Both the position numbers and the translations under genes were made by a program. From assembly GCA_044892505.1 (NCBI GenBank), contig CM097883.1, positions 421,600,001 through 421,664,000 on the forward strand: a stretch of DNA of 64,000 bases, read 5' to 3'. Each line of letters starts with the position of its first letter. Position 1 is the first letter of the stretch. The notes under the pieces were generated by a model, which saw only the letters and a program-made list of their open reading frames with translations, searched no databases and was not told the DNA's origin. The DNA comes from Schmidtea nova (Eukaryota). Shown one piece after another: positions 23,455 to 36,355 of the stretch.

Positions 23455-25080
23455 ATGTTTGAAAAGATCAAGAAGCAAAAATTTAAACGAAAATTTATTT
23501 CACTCGAAGAAAAAATTGGAATTTTAGATGGTAAAAATTGCGGAGTAAAGCCTACATTGATTGAAAAATCATTAAATTTAAACAAAGCTACTATTCGAAT
23601 TGTATTGAAAAATCAAAACGAAATTATGTTGCCTTCGATTGTTCGCAGGGTGCGAAACGTTTATCGCGCAAACGATATATAAATATCGTAAAAATGGAAC
23701 ATGCTCATATAATATGGATAGAAAATTGTTTAAATAAACAAATCCATTTGAGCAAGTATTATTGAACAAAAAGCGCGCAGAACTTACACACATTTAAAGA
23801 AAGATGAGCTTTCTTCTAAAGAACAACCAAATCTATCATTTTTGGCAAGTAAAGGATGATTTGAAAATTTTAAAAAAGATCTTTGCGAATGTAAAATTTT
23901 AAGGAGAATAAGCTTCAGCAGATGTAGAGACTTCCCAAAAATTTATATTGGAAATACCACGAATTATTGAGAAGGAAGAATATTCAGTAGATCAAATTTT
24001 CAACGCTGATGAGACAGATTTGTATTGGAAGAGAATGACGTCTCAAACTTTTGTTTCAAAAAATGAGAAGCAAGCACCAGGTAAAAATCGTGTTATCCTT
24101 CACATGTGTAGTAACCTATCGTGAAATTTTGTAGTAAAATCAATGATAATAAATCATTCCAGGAATCCCAGAGAATTGAAAAACGTTGATAAGTCTCATC
24201 TACCAGTCTTCTGAATGTTTTTAAAGAAAAAAAATTTTGAGCTTTAAAGTTTTATTGTTCATTGATAATGCAAGTAGACATAGTAGAGAGTTGAATCATC
24301 CTAACGTAAAAATTGTGTTTTTTCCTCCAAAGTGTACGTCATTGATCCAACAATTATATCAAGGAATCATTGCAACATCCAAGGCATGCTACATAGGACA
24401 AGCATTCCAAAATATTTTCGAAAGACTGGAAAACGACGAAAAATGTAACGCTTACTCAAGCTTGGAACAAGTTTCCTATTTTAGATTGTGTTGCAATTAT
24501 AGTTTTGGCTTGCAAGAAATTAAATCAGTCTACACTTTATGCGTGTTGGAAACCCCAAATGATTCAGAGAGGAAACTGTGTCTCAATTGAGGAAGCAGAA
24601 TTTAACAGAATAATATAGGTTGCTTCTAATTTAGAAGGGGACGGATTTTCAGATATGAACATTGATGATGTTCGGGAACTATTTGAAGAACAAACTTTGA
24701 ATGAGGAAGAACTAATTGAAATAATAAATACATCCACTTTCAATTACGCAAATGATTCCGAAAACATTTGTAATATTAAAACGGTTCCTCATTTAAATTG
24801 AATTGATCTGCAAGAAAGAATAGTTTTAGCTAAAAAATTAGAAATTTTTTCGTTGAAAAAGATCCTTCAGTAATACGTAGCAGAAAATTTAAAAGAGAAT
24901 TGGAAAGTTCTTTAGCTCCTTATAGAAAAATTCTGAAGAATTGCAAGATTCAAATAGGCATGTACCTGCAACTACGTCAGATAACTTTTGTAATTATGGA
25001 GAAATTATCAGTGAAGAGGAGTTCAACCAACCTTGAGAAAAAAGAGAAGAGCTGCAATTTTTGTTGAGTGATGATGAAAA
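23455..25080 (+). pseudogene. Tigger/pogo-type transposase remnant
   Basis: CENP-B-like N-terminus KRKFISLEEKIGIL, ASKG*FENFKK, FNADETDLYWKRM and KVLLFIDNASRH..VKIVFFPPKCTSLIQ. Many stops and frameshifts; TIRs not found. Confidence 0.9.
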
Positions 25081-25149
25081 TTAATTTTGTTATCGTAATA
25101 AGCTGTTTTTATTTGTTTTATAATAATTATAGTTATTATTTTTTGAATA

Positions 25150-25900
25150 TATTTTTGGTTTTATTCTTGGGTTAGCAAAATCGATAGAGCGACAATTAAT
25201 CCAAATTGAATAAGGGAAATAATAAAAATAATTTAAGAAATAAAATTAGAAGGTTGAATAATAAAAAATTAGAAACATCTGAAATCTCAATGAATTATGG
25301 AAATAAAAATAAGTAGGAATGAAAAGTAAAACGAATATAAATGAGAAAACCCTTAAATTGATAGGAAATCTAGGAAAAAGGAAACAAAAATGAGGCTGAT
25401 TTATAAAACATAAATCATAAAAATTAATTAAACCATAAAGAAATAATTATTGGAAAATAGATTTACATTAAAAAAAATAATCGACAGACCAATAAAAATG
25501 TAGACCCGTTTTGATTGGCTGATTGAGTGCAAAAATTAATATATATAAAGGCCGCTCAATCAGTCATGCCATTTTTTGTAAGAGTGAATTTTAGCATTTG
25601 TTAGTAGTACACATTCCAGCAACTCTCAGTTTATTAATTCAGCGACATTTCTTATTATCATCGTTATTTTTTTCGAAAGAATAAAGTTGTAAGCAATTTG
25701 GTATTATTTTTAATTAATGTATTAATTTATAAAAATCTTGTTCTGGTTTTTATTATTTTCAATTTTGTCTAAATTTTATGATTAGGGTATATTGCCTTGA
25801 GAGTTGGGACGGTCTAAAAAGTCGCCGGCTTTTCGATAGTTCGACATTCAGTTTCGCGCCTCGAGCATGGGATGGACGGTGAAACTATTGAACGACAGAA
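25150..25900 (+). repeat. LTR-like promoter module with probable short intron
   Basis: CCAAT (~25489), ATTGG, TATATAAA (~25542), donor GTAAGC (~25689) and acceptor ATTAG (~25785). The downstream block is homologous to 13717-13815. Confidence 0.55.
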
Positions 25901-27336
25901 CAGAAAAATTATATCATCATTGGGCAGTGAATGTTGGAATACTGCGGCGCCAGTAGTTGCCCTATACATTAACTTTTTACCAAGAATACTTAACAAAATA
26001 AGCCACTAGTGTCAGCAATTCTACTGTACAATAATCGTTAAAATATTGTCTAAAATATTAATAAAAATAATTCACCGTATCAGCGGTTTTTCATTTTTAC
26101 TGATCAGATAGAAATACCAATACCTATCCCAGTAGGACTCAGAAATAGCGTATTACGAATATGAAAAGTCATCACAACTGATAGAAAACTTTTATCGTCG
26201 TTGAGATTAATCCCATTTCCATAAAGTTACGATAATCAAATTATATCCAGAGAAAGATGAAATCTTGTCGATAACTCAGTGGCGAATGACGTAAAATTTC
26301 TAGTATACGATAGATTAAATTACTGCGGATAAGTGATATGGGAAACAAAATTTCAGAAATCGATTTCTTTCGTGCGAGTGAAAGCAGCTGGAATTATCGT
26401 TATTAGGATAAATGAAATTCCTGTCTCAGACTAGACGAGTAGAGAGAACCAAATTCATTAGCTGAGAATAAAATTTCCTTCTAAACACCAGTCGGTGGTT
26501 CTACAGTGAGGGAAATAAGGTTATCCAAAATCACTTAGTCCCGCTAATGGATGATGCCGGGTCGAGTGAGTAATGGGGAAGTCCACTCCAACTCCGCTAA
26601 TGCATTTTCCATTAGTGAGAACTTATTGAACCCATCAAAATTTAAATTGATTGCCAGAGACGCATTGTGGAAAATAATCATTAGAAATAAACTTCATTTT
26701 AATTGAAATTATGGAAATACCCACATTAGAGAACGCCGATTTATAATAACAATATTAATTACCACCATAAAATTAAATTAAAAACTCCGTAATTAAATTC
26801 AAGGGTGAATAGAATAATCGTTGGAAAGCTTGTTGAAGTATAATAACGGTAAATGTGGGACAACATTAGAAATATTTTTGGCATAATATTCATAAAAATT
26901 TAAAATAAACCATAGTAGGAGTAAAGAGGATAGTTTGAAAATCGGATAATGAGTGAATTAAAGTGAAAATTACAGGAGTCATAAATTTAAACTTATTGTT
27001 ATTTTGTTAGATGTTCAATAACCATAGAACCAATCGCACATGTAATTAAACATTTTCAGATTGGCAAACTCGAGGCGTCTTTTGGAAATAATATTCTATT
27101 CTTGTTTCTACTCACATTATTTTGGAAATTTTTGGTTACGATTCGTTGCTATAGTATATTTATTGGGACATTTTGTCTTTCGATGATGTGAATAAATTTA
27201 TTAAATTGTTCTGCATTTTGGTTTTGATACTAAACATTGATATAATTCATATAGTATGTTGCTCGTCAATGCTTTAGAGAATTTCAATTATTGCCCGGTT
27301 ACCGTAGCAGGTATTGATATAATAATTACAAAAGAC

Positions 27337-27340
<4 letters not shown>

Positions 27341-27402
<62 letters not shown>
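27341..27402. repeat. (TA)n microsatellite, about 31 units
   Basis: Directly visible. Confidence 0.98.
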
Positions 27403-27404
<2 letters not shown>

Positions 27405-28810
27405 GTATATATTAGGTGTATTATAATTTTAATAAGACTCGATTTTAGGCTGCAGTGCTTCGTAGGTAGTTTTCGGTAATTGATCTAAAAATCTCTATAA
27501 GCTTTTAGTATATAAAAATGAAATAGATATATTAAGTAGGGTCTTTTTATAAAAATTATCAGGTTTTACAAATAATAAGCCACACACATTGTTTTTTCTA
27601 AGAGTATATGGTGTTGTTGTTTGTCAGTAAGATAATTATGGTTATAGGATGGTATGTCTGTAAATTTGTAGATTATGTGTATCTTTAAGTTAAATGGATA
27701 ATTCTCGATGTGGCAATTTGGTTGTAAATGACGTGGCTAATTGAGGGGTATTTCAGGATTCTTATGTGTGATGCATTGGTTGTGGGTGTAGATTGCCAAA
27801 TAAATGGATTAAATGAATTTGTGAGTATGGATGATGTTACATAATGTAACTAAATTATGGTAATGGGTGTTATGCTATACAAGTATTTAAATTGTGAGAT
27901 GAGATGTAGTGGTTGCAAGTTTATACGCTGACATATTTTTATAAATTTATTATGAATTTTCATTGTGGTGCTTGTATTTAGGAGATGATATTGAATAAAA
28001 TAGGTAATTCAACGATATATGAGATTGGGTGAGTTCCTGAGTGGATTCTCTGGATGTGCTATGCTGATTGGTGTTATTTTTGAAATGATGTCTGGTGTGG
28101 TGTTAAGTATAAGATAGTGTTAATGAATGATATTGATGTAATATAACGCAAAAAAGGTTTTAATGGATTATTTTGAGTTTTTATGTGGGGTGATTTATGA
28201 GATGATTTTCTGAAATAACAATTTGATTTTAACATTTATAAAATTTTATAAATAACTAAATTCAGTATTTTATGGATTTACATAATGATCAAATTTTTAA
28301 TTTCTAATTTTTCTATGCAATATAGGAAATATTTAAATTCTAATTTTTACAATATTGTTCGGCTAGTACATACCTAGGATAAGTGCAAATGGAACAAATA
28401 AAGAATACAAATAAATAAATAAAGGATAATTAAAATAGAAAAATTAGGAATAAATAATAGAAGGCATAAAACAAATAAAACTAGTAACCGTTAAAAATAT
28501 AGAATTAAAACAAAAAATAAAATGAGAAAAATCGATCAAAAATGAAGAAAGTATAAAATTAAGCAGAAATTAGGAAAATAACAAGAATCAAGTAAATAAA
28601 ATGAAATTTATAAAGAAATAATAAAATAATAAGTTATTAAATAATAAGAGTTAATCAAAGAGTTAATCATAGAGTTAATCCGAGAGTTGGAAAATTAAAC
28701 ATTCTTGATCGCCCGACACTAATTTTACGTATGTGAGTAGTTTTAAATTTTTTTCTTAGCGTTTATTGAAAAACTTTTGTTAAAATTTTATTATATTGTG
28801 AATTTTTACA

Positions 28811-29640
28811 TTACACACACAGGCACCCCAACTGTCCCAACATAAATCGGTGACTCTCTCGGGCTCTACAGTATATCTTTTAAGCGACAAGCATTTACGA
28901 ACAAACATTGAATAAACAACCTACGTTAAATAACAAACATTTATCAGCCAACTTTAAAGAACTAAATATAATAAATATAAAAAACCCAAACACCCAACAA
29001 CAACATTGAATACACCCATACTCAAGAAAACATCAATTATTACTTCAACCCAAATGCAGACACAGATAGTGCAAACTCAATAAATTTAGTCCTCAATCCC
29101 AAGGCAAATATCCCAAACTTTTTCACAGACGAGAATGGGACGCCACAGAAATGGCTAGAATTTGCAAAATTAACGTTAAGCCTATCAGGCATAAAATCAT
29201 CTAAAACCGTCTGCTCACACATAATCGCCGCTCTCCCCAGCAACATACTAAATGAGAAAGCAGATCGAATAGGCGATATTTCTATAGACGACAACCCTTT
29301 CCAAAACCTATACAAATACGTTAATAAACAGAAATAAAGTCAACAGGCGGGAACTTCTTGAATCTTGACTTAAAGATATTCAACTGGGCAACGATAAACC
29401 GTCTGAATTCCTAAGAAGCCTAAAAACAAAACTTGAATATCTTCAGCACAAGATAACAAGTACAGGTTCAAAAGAATTCATTAAAGACCTGTTTATGCGT
29501 GCAATGCCCCAGAAATACGACGTATTTTAGCTGTCAGCAATTGCACAGACCTGAAAACCCTGGAAAACAGCCGACAAAATTAATGATGAAATATATCCAC
29601 AAATATGTAGGACATAAAAAAAATAGAATCCACAACATCA
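28811..29640 (+). mobile_element. gag: CsRn1-like Gypsy fragment: LTR core plus degenerate gag, PBS missing
   Basis: LTR core at 28822-28866. NIPNFFTDENGTPQKWLEFAKLTLSLSGI..QLGNDKPSEFLRSLK is homologous to 41093. No TGGTGTCAGAAG in this copy. Confidence 0.8.
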
Positions 29641-29646
29641 AAAAAT

Positions 29647-30400
29647 TTGTTTGCCAATATTAATAAAGAAATGGAAGAAAACCAGAAAATAAACAGTTCA
29701 AACCCAGAAAATTATTTATCGGAAGAAGGAAAAGAAGTAGTAAAAATCAATATGCAGTCGAATGAAAATGGGAAACCAGCAACTAGCCATTTCGGAGAAA
29801 AGTTTCATGGAGAACCATTCAATGGTGAAGTGAATAGATTGTGGGTGTTTCTGAAAGAACTTTAAATATATATATATATCGATTTACCGTTGGTCAAATG
29901 AAGCTATACGAGAACGAATGCCGTTATATTTGAGAGGAAGTGCACAAGATGCGTATATAGAAGCCAAAAAAGATAATGAAAAATTAAAATCATGGAATGA
30001 AATTATGGAATTTTTAATGAAAAACTTTGGAGTGGCCGAGGGAGAGAATCGGAAGATGTTAGATTTTCTCCATAGGAAACAGAAATACGAGGAATTGAAT
30101 GCGGGATTCGCATGCGAAATAAGACGTATGGCAAGGGAAGTTTTCGGTGAGGAGAAAGTGAAAGACGAAATATTAGTAGGAGTATTCCTGAGTGGACCTT
30201 AGTGTGAACCTTAGATGTCAAACATCAAAGACATTAAAAGAGTCATTAACTATGGCAAATCGATGCGAAATGTACATGGAACAACCAGTAAAAGTTGCAA
30301 AACAACCAACAGAATCAAAAATGATGACAAAAGATACAGTCACCAAAGAAATTCACGATAAAGATGTGAAGTATGTAAAAAATGGGGACACGTGAACAAT
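29647..30400 (+). pseudogene. gag: Gypsy Gag capsid region, frameshifted
   Basis: EPFNGEVNRLWVFLKEL..YRWSNEAIRERMPLYLRGSAQDAY..RKQKYEE..FACEIRRMAREVF. Shares the PLYLxGxAxDA motif with Gag 6036-7352. Confidence 0.85.
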
Positions 30401-31462
30401 GAGTGCTACCGAAAGAAAACATGTCGAATTTGTGGGAAAAAGGGTCATATTAAAAATCAATGCAGGAAAAAGGGGGAAAAGTATCATGTAAACAACAATA
30501 ACGAGAATGATAGTGATAGTGAGAGATATCATTGCTTTAAATGTAAGCAACTGGGACATATTGCGAAAAGTTGTCCAAAGCTAAAAGGACTCAATGCAGC
30601 TCCAACAAAAGAAATCCACATGATGAGAGAATTGACATTATTCAAGAAACTGATAAACCAGATAATAGTGAATAGTTCACAAGAGCCAAAGATCAACGTG
30701 TCACAGACTAAGGGTCCTAAAACGTCAAGATTTAATGAAAGTCAAGTGAAACAACAAGTTCAGTGGCGAAGGCCTCAAATAAAAGAAGCACAAGAAATGG
30801 ATGAAAAACGGAAAAATAGAGAAAACAACACCGGACAAATTAATATGATGAAAATGAATGACGAAGAAAAGTCAACCAAGCAAGGAATAGCTCATTACAA
30901 GAAAGAACTCCAAAAGAATATCGAGGGAAGAGTAACCGAAATGATAACCGAATTATCAGATGTTGAAATCGACATAAAAGAAAAAGAATTTGAAATTTCA
31001 ATAAAAACAATGGAGGAAGAAGAAAAGAAGTTTGTCAAGAAATACAATCAAAAAAGAAGAGAAATAAGAAGCGATGATGATACCCTCAACATAGACGAGA
31101 AGTTGGATGAATCTGCACAAATTAAATTAGAAGTGTCACAAAGATTGATAATCATTATTATAGAAGAAGTGACGAAAATGAATGAGAAATCGGAAGAAAA
31201 GAAGAAACCAACCAAGTCCGAAAGATCAGAACAAACAGAGACATTAGAGACCGAACAACTAATCAGTTGTCTAAGCAATGGTGTGGAAAATCAATGTGAG
31301 ACAACAACTGAACTACTAAGATGGGTTATCAAAAATAGTGCAAATATATCAAAAATGAGATTGATAGTGAAAGAGATCGAGAAATGCAGACGTTTATGCC
31401 CTTGGTATTCAACACAATTCGATGCCATTATGAGAAAATGGAGAACTAGAAAAAACAAGTGA
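30392..31462 (+). pseudogene. Gag C-terminal region with CCHC zinc knuckles and long coiled coil
   Basis: CRICGKKGHIKNQC and CFKCKQLGHIAKSC, followed by E/K-rich heptad sequence. Confidence 0.85.
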
Positions 31463-31789
31463 TGATCCGCAGACGTGTCGATTGAAGATACAGTTTCCGA
31501 ATCTGGAAAAGATGGAGATGGATGTATTATTAACAACAAAGATCAAAGAGATAAAAGAGAGATTACCATTCGAATTACCATTTCACTTGAAATACGATAA
31601 AGAACCGCTTGATGATGACATAGAAATCGGTATAACACCGATACAAATCCGAACAAGTAATACGTTAACTGTTGATAAAGTTGCAGGGAGCGAGTGGATC
31701 AGAAAAATGAAGAACGAAGATAATCCAAAAACAACAACAATTGCAATGATGAAAACTCCAGCTGGAAAAACACTATTATTTAATTAAAC

Positions 31790-32105
31790 ACTTTTATTTA
31801 ATGGCGTAAAAATAGACGCAATGATAGATACTGGCGAAAATATATCAGCAATAGATATGAATATGATACCAGAAATATTATGGTCATGCATTGAAAAAAC
31901 ATCAATGGACGTGATAACATGCAGCAAAGAATCTGTTAATATCGTTGGAAAGATATGGACTGATATCGAATACGAAGATGTAAAAATATCTACTTATTTT
32001 ACAGTAATAAAAAATTGGGTGCGTCATGCATTATTGGAACAGATTTAATACCAAAACTGTTAAAAGGAGCTATAATCGATTTGGATACGATGAAGCTGAA
32101 ATATA
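31790..32105 (+). pseudogene. Retropepsin-type aspartic protease, frameshifted
   Basis: GVKIDAMIDTGENISAID..VNIVGKIWTDIEYEDVKISTYFTVIK, then in a shifted frame CIIGTDLI. Confidence 0.9.
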
Positions 32106-32497
32106 AAATCGAAGGGAGTTGTGCAAGAGAAACAACAATAGAACAATCAAACCAAGAAATGACCCAAAAAGGACAAGTTTGTATGTTCCGAGAGAATGCA
32201 AATGACGACTGGCTACATCGTATATTAACCACATCCAGGAAAACAAATCAACCAACAACAATCTCTGTACAACCTAAGATAGCTGGTGTTATAAATATGG
32301 AGCACCGTAAAAAGATGGAGTTAATCATTGAAATTACCAAAGAAATCACGCCAGAATCGTCGAAAAACAAAGATATATTCGAATTATTAGGTGTAAACCT
32401 AATGGTCGAGGAATATGCTAAAGGAAATGAAACGACCGGAGTAATGATCACCATAAAAGAAAGATTACCAATATTATTCACAATCACCAGCTTCAAG

Positions 32498-32885
32498 GAT
32501 GAGATACCGTTGTATCACGCGATAAAAAGCGGAAATGAAAAAAGAATGTTTGAAATAATAAAACTTATGGAGAAATGTAAACAGCATACCAACACGAAAA
32601 ACTGGAAAGATCAAAAACCCTTAATGATAGCAATTGAAAAAGGTGAATCCGAGAAATTCATAGCAAAACTAATGAGAACTGGATCAAGTTTTAAAGAAAG
32701 AGATGATAAAAATGAAACGGTGTTATCATATGCAGTGCGAGCAAATAACCATCAAATAATCAAATATATTATGTCAAATGCCACAGAAGAAGATATTGAA
32801 GTACTCATTTCAGATCCAAATCCACTAGTAAACGCAGTGAATAAAGATTCAGACGAAACAACTGCCAAAATGATTAAATGGTTAC
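32498..32885 (+). pseudogene. Three to four ankyrin repeats in frame after the protease
   Basis: EIPLYHAIKSGN.., QKPLMIAIEKGESEKFIAKLMRTGSSFKERDDKN, ETVLSYAVRANNHQIIKYIM, PNPLVNAVNKD. Confidence 0.85.
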
Positions 32886-33492
32886 ATCCAGTTACGCACG
32901 AAGGAGTGATAAATGTCAATGACAGATTCGAAGATGGTGAAAATATAATAATGAAAAGAACCATGAAAAGAAAATGGATAAAACGATTAAAGCATTGCTG
33001 CAAAGACCTGATTTCAGATTTACAAACAACAAAAAAGAAAAAGAAAGAATTGGATCTAAAAGACATGAATTATATCAGCAAGTTATCATATGGAAAGAAA
33101 ATATAAAAGAAAGCAAAATTCACCGAAGCTGGAACAATGCCAAAGATGAAATAACCAAGAGAGAAAATATAAAAGCCGAAGCAGATGAAATAGCCAAAAG
33201 ATATGAGGAAATAATAAAATTAATAAATGTCGAGGACGACATTTTAAACAGAACCTAGGGTGGTTCTGATGATCACAACAAGCCTGATGATGAAGATGAA
33301 GAGAATAATAACAACAAAGTAAAGAAAGATGACAATGAAAATTCTAACAGAAACAATGACAAAGATGAGAAAGATGATGGAAAAAGCATTAACGATGAAA
33401 ATGGGAACGAAAGTGATGAACATAGACAAGAAACTTCAAATTATGAGAAACGAACAGTATGTCTACATAAAACTCGAATAAAAGATATAATA

Positions 33493-33825
33493 TTGCTGAT
33501 ATTGATGCAGTCAGCATTGAAAGGAACGGAAGCTGATGACAAAAGAAAACCAGTACAAATATTAATACAAGGAGCAGATAATGAAGAAGCATGTTGGAGT
33601 CACGTCAAATTGCAAACAAAGGGAGATAATCTAGTCAAATGTCAACGAGCAGAAGGAGAACTCCGAATAAATGGATTAAAGCGAGATACAAAATACAAAA
33701 TCTGTGTCTACAAAAAGAAAACAGCACAAAAAACGTTTAGAACAGTCGTATGTCAGATAGTAGCACATAATGGTTCAAAAGTCACCCAAGAAAACGTAAG
33801 TCATATTAACCGACGAGCCAGATGA
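33493..33825 (+). pseudogene. Possible fibronectin type III-like domain
   Basis: GELRINGLKRDTKYKICVY resembles the FN3 E-F strand motif (LxGLxPxTxYxVxV). Confidence 0.5.
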
Positions 33826-34717
33826 GAGCATCAGAGTGTCGTCAAAACGCAAGTTGCCGGAGTAACAAGTGGAAGAAACAGTGTAAATAGTGCATAAAAT
33901 TATATTGTATTGTAAAAGTATAAAATATTTTTGTGTGTAATAAAAATTTAAAAAATCAAAAAAAAATGAATACCTCAAAAACAGGGGAAAACAAATGATA
34001 ACATTGTGTAATTATTAGCAGAAATGAATCCGAAAAACGAGAATCAAACCTATCAAACATCAGTTCCGACGTTCAATGAAACATCAAATCAAATTCCATT
34101 TCCAGAAGATACAAGTGTGCAAGAAAGAGAAGGGTCACTGCAAACCCCATTAATTGAAAACGAAACGCAAAATCCAACAATTGACGATAGAAATCTGATA
34201 TATCAAGTTGAAATTCCACTATTTGATGAAACAATGAACCCAATACAAACGACATTCGTATTAAATCAACAATCAACAAATAGCCAGACTCAATCAACAT
34301 CAACTCCGATAATCTATCAATAGACAATGACGCAAGAGTTATCATGGAAAACGCAATGTGAATTATTAAGTAGAATGTTGAATCAAGCTTATGCACAATG
34401 GAGAAATGAACAAGCCTTGTTAACCGAAAGTGTAAACAGAAATTTATTATATCTAGCAAAAATAGAAGAACAACAGCAATTGATAATCAAAAAAGATCAG
34501 AGGTACGAATGGTTAACAAGAAACGCAGAGTAGCAAACAAATGAAATAAGAAGATTAAATGAAACGCGAGAAGAATTCAGAGCATGGTATAATTGGTTAG
34601 ACAATTTTCCAGAACACCGACAAATTAATCAAGCAATTAACCCAAACCCTCCAATCGTCATCAACAAATGCAAAAAACTCAAGAAACTTAAGACATATCT
34701 ATCGAGTCCATTATAAC

Positions 34718-35119
34718 TTGTATCAGCAGATCTCCGAAGCAGAAAACCAAATCGTAAAACATCTGGAAAAGGATCATCGAGAAAACCTTATACTTGTGAA
34801 CAAAATTTACGACCGTATAAATGAGAAGCCAAAAACTGAGAACAACCAAAACAATGACAATTGTAAAATATCCCTTTTATCATCTGAACCAATCCTGGAT
34901 ATTTCTCTGATGATCCTTGATATTGCTTTGATAATTGCAATCGGTGGTGTGATATGGCGAGGCCTAATTGATAGACAATTGATAATCAGTCAAAACAAAA
35001 TAACCTCTGAACAATCCGAAGGTAAAGATGATAGTGAACAACCAATAAATGCAATTTCAAACAATGAATCAACCAAATCACCCCAGTCGAAGATCCAACC
35101 AACTCAGTCCAAAAGTTAA
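34718..35119 (+). CDS. Small single-pass membrane protein-like accessory ORF
   Basis: Hydrophobic stretch ILDISLMILDIALIIAIGGVIW followed by R. The start is a TTG in the ORF track, so it may be the tail of a longer broken ORF. Confidence 0.5.
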   Translation: MYQQISEAENQIVKHLEKDHRENLILVNKIYDRINEKPKTENNQNNDNCKISLLSSEPILDISLMILDIALIIAIGGVIWRGLIDRQLIISQNKITSEQSEGKDDSEQPINAISNNESTKSPQSKIQPTQSKS

Positions 35120-35449
35120 AATTATAAACTTTATAAACTTGATAAACCTTGATCAGGGTCGCTGTAGACTCATATCGAACTTTGACTATGCCGCTGCAGG
35201 CACATACTTTATTTTACATTACATATTTTAGTTGTTTTTTTTTGCATGCGAGTCAATGTAGACTCATATTGATGTATATGTATTAACTTTTTATTATTTT
35301 TTATTACTTTTTATTTTTACTGTCGCGAACAGCATGATCACGACCAAGTAGCTCGTGTATAATGTACAACCTTTTGACCTTTAATTAGTCTTGATTCTTA
35401 ACCCCTCTGAGGAATTGCGGGACGCAATTTTGCGGGCCCCCGAGTGTTT

Positions 35450-36050
35450 TATGTTGGTCAAAAACTGATATTTGTTTAAATAGCGCGATATTATAATATT
35501 TAGAGAGCGCGCGAGGAAGTAGATTTGAAATTCTATGAACCCAAAACACCAAATACAACCTAGTAGCAGTAGAACACATGAAATAGTTGATTACAACACC
35601 TTGAAGAATTGAAACGAACAAAATAAGTGTATACCTGAAAAACACCTGTATAGTGTGAGAACATCAATTGTGTAATAGAATAGCACACTGGAAAAAATAA
35701 ACATCTTTTCGGGAGGAAATTTTCAAATTTTAGTATAGAAATTCAAAAAATATGAAAGAAAATTGTTTTAGTTTGAAATTGCGATAAATTAATTAAATTA
35801 GGAAAAACTTTGATTTTAAAATGCAATTTTAGATCAAAAATAAATTATTTAGGAGTTATTTAAAATTTTATGCAAAAATAATAATCCAATTTTCCGTAAA
35901 ATTATTGATATTAATTTCCAAGAATCGAAAAAAATCTTTCTAGAACAATTTGTTTTAATACACCACTGAAAATAATAGGCGAAAACAACTATATATAAAC
36001 CGCCATCAAAATGGATTTCTTCAGAATTTGCAACTACCAACTTGGTGAAA
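35450..36050 (+). repeat. Dispersed non-coding repeat, second copy at ~46600-47200
   Basis: Shared blocks TCAAAAACTGATA.TTGTTT, AGAGAGCGCGC, AAATTCTATGA.C.AAAACACCAA and TTCTAGAACAATTTGTTTTA. Confidence 0.8.
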
Positions 36051-36355
36051 TATCAGGAGGCTAATCTCTGTTTAAAAATTTTTAATACGATCATAGAATC
36101 AATCCCTAATTTTTAAGAATCAGGAAACGGACTCTGCTTGTCGCAAGTAGAAACATCAATAATCAATCTATCTAAGAAAGATCCCACAAATTTTCTGCCA
36201 GAAGCCTCGAAGGATCCAATAAAAATCAGCCGATATTTATTTAATACAGGCGGACCCTGCACGAAAATTTACTAAGTATCAATTCTGAGAAGGGAGACAG
36301 TTCAAGGAGATCTTTTGCCAAACAGAGAATATACGTTGTTAACTCCAATAAAACA

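Noticed and set aside
25940-25952. Possible PBS TGGCGCCGCAG on the minus strand
   Set aside because: The match to a tRNA 3' end is too short and no LTR end or gag is adjacent.
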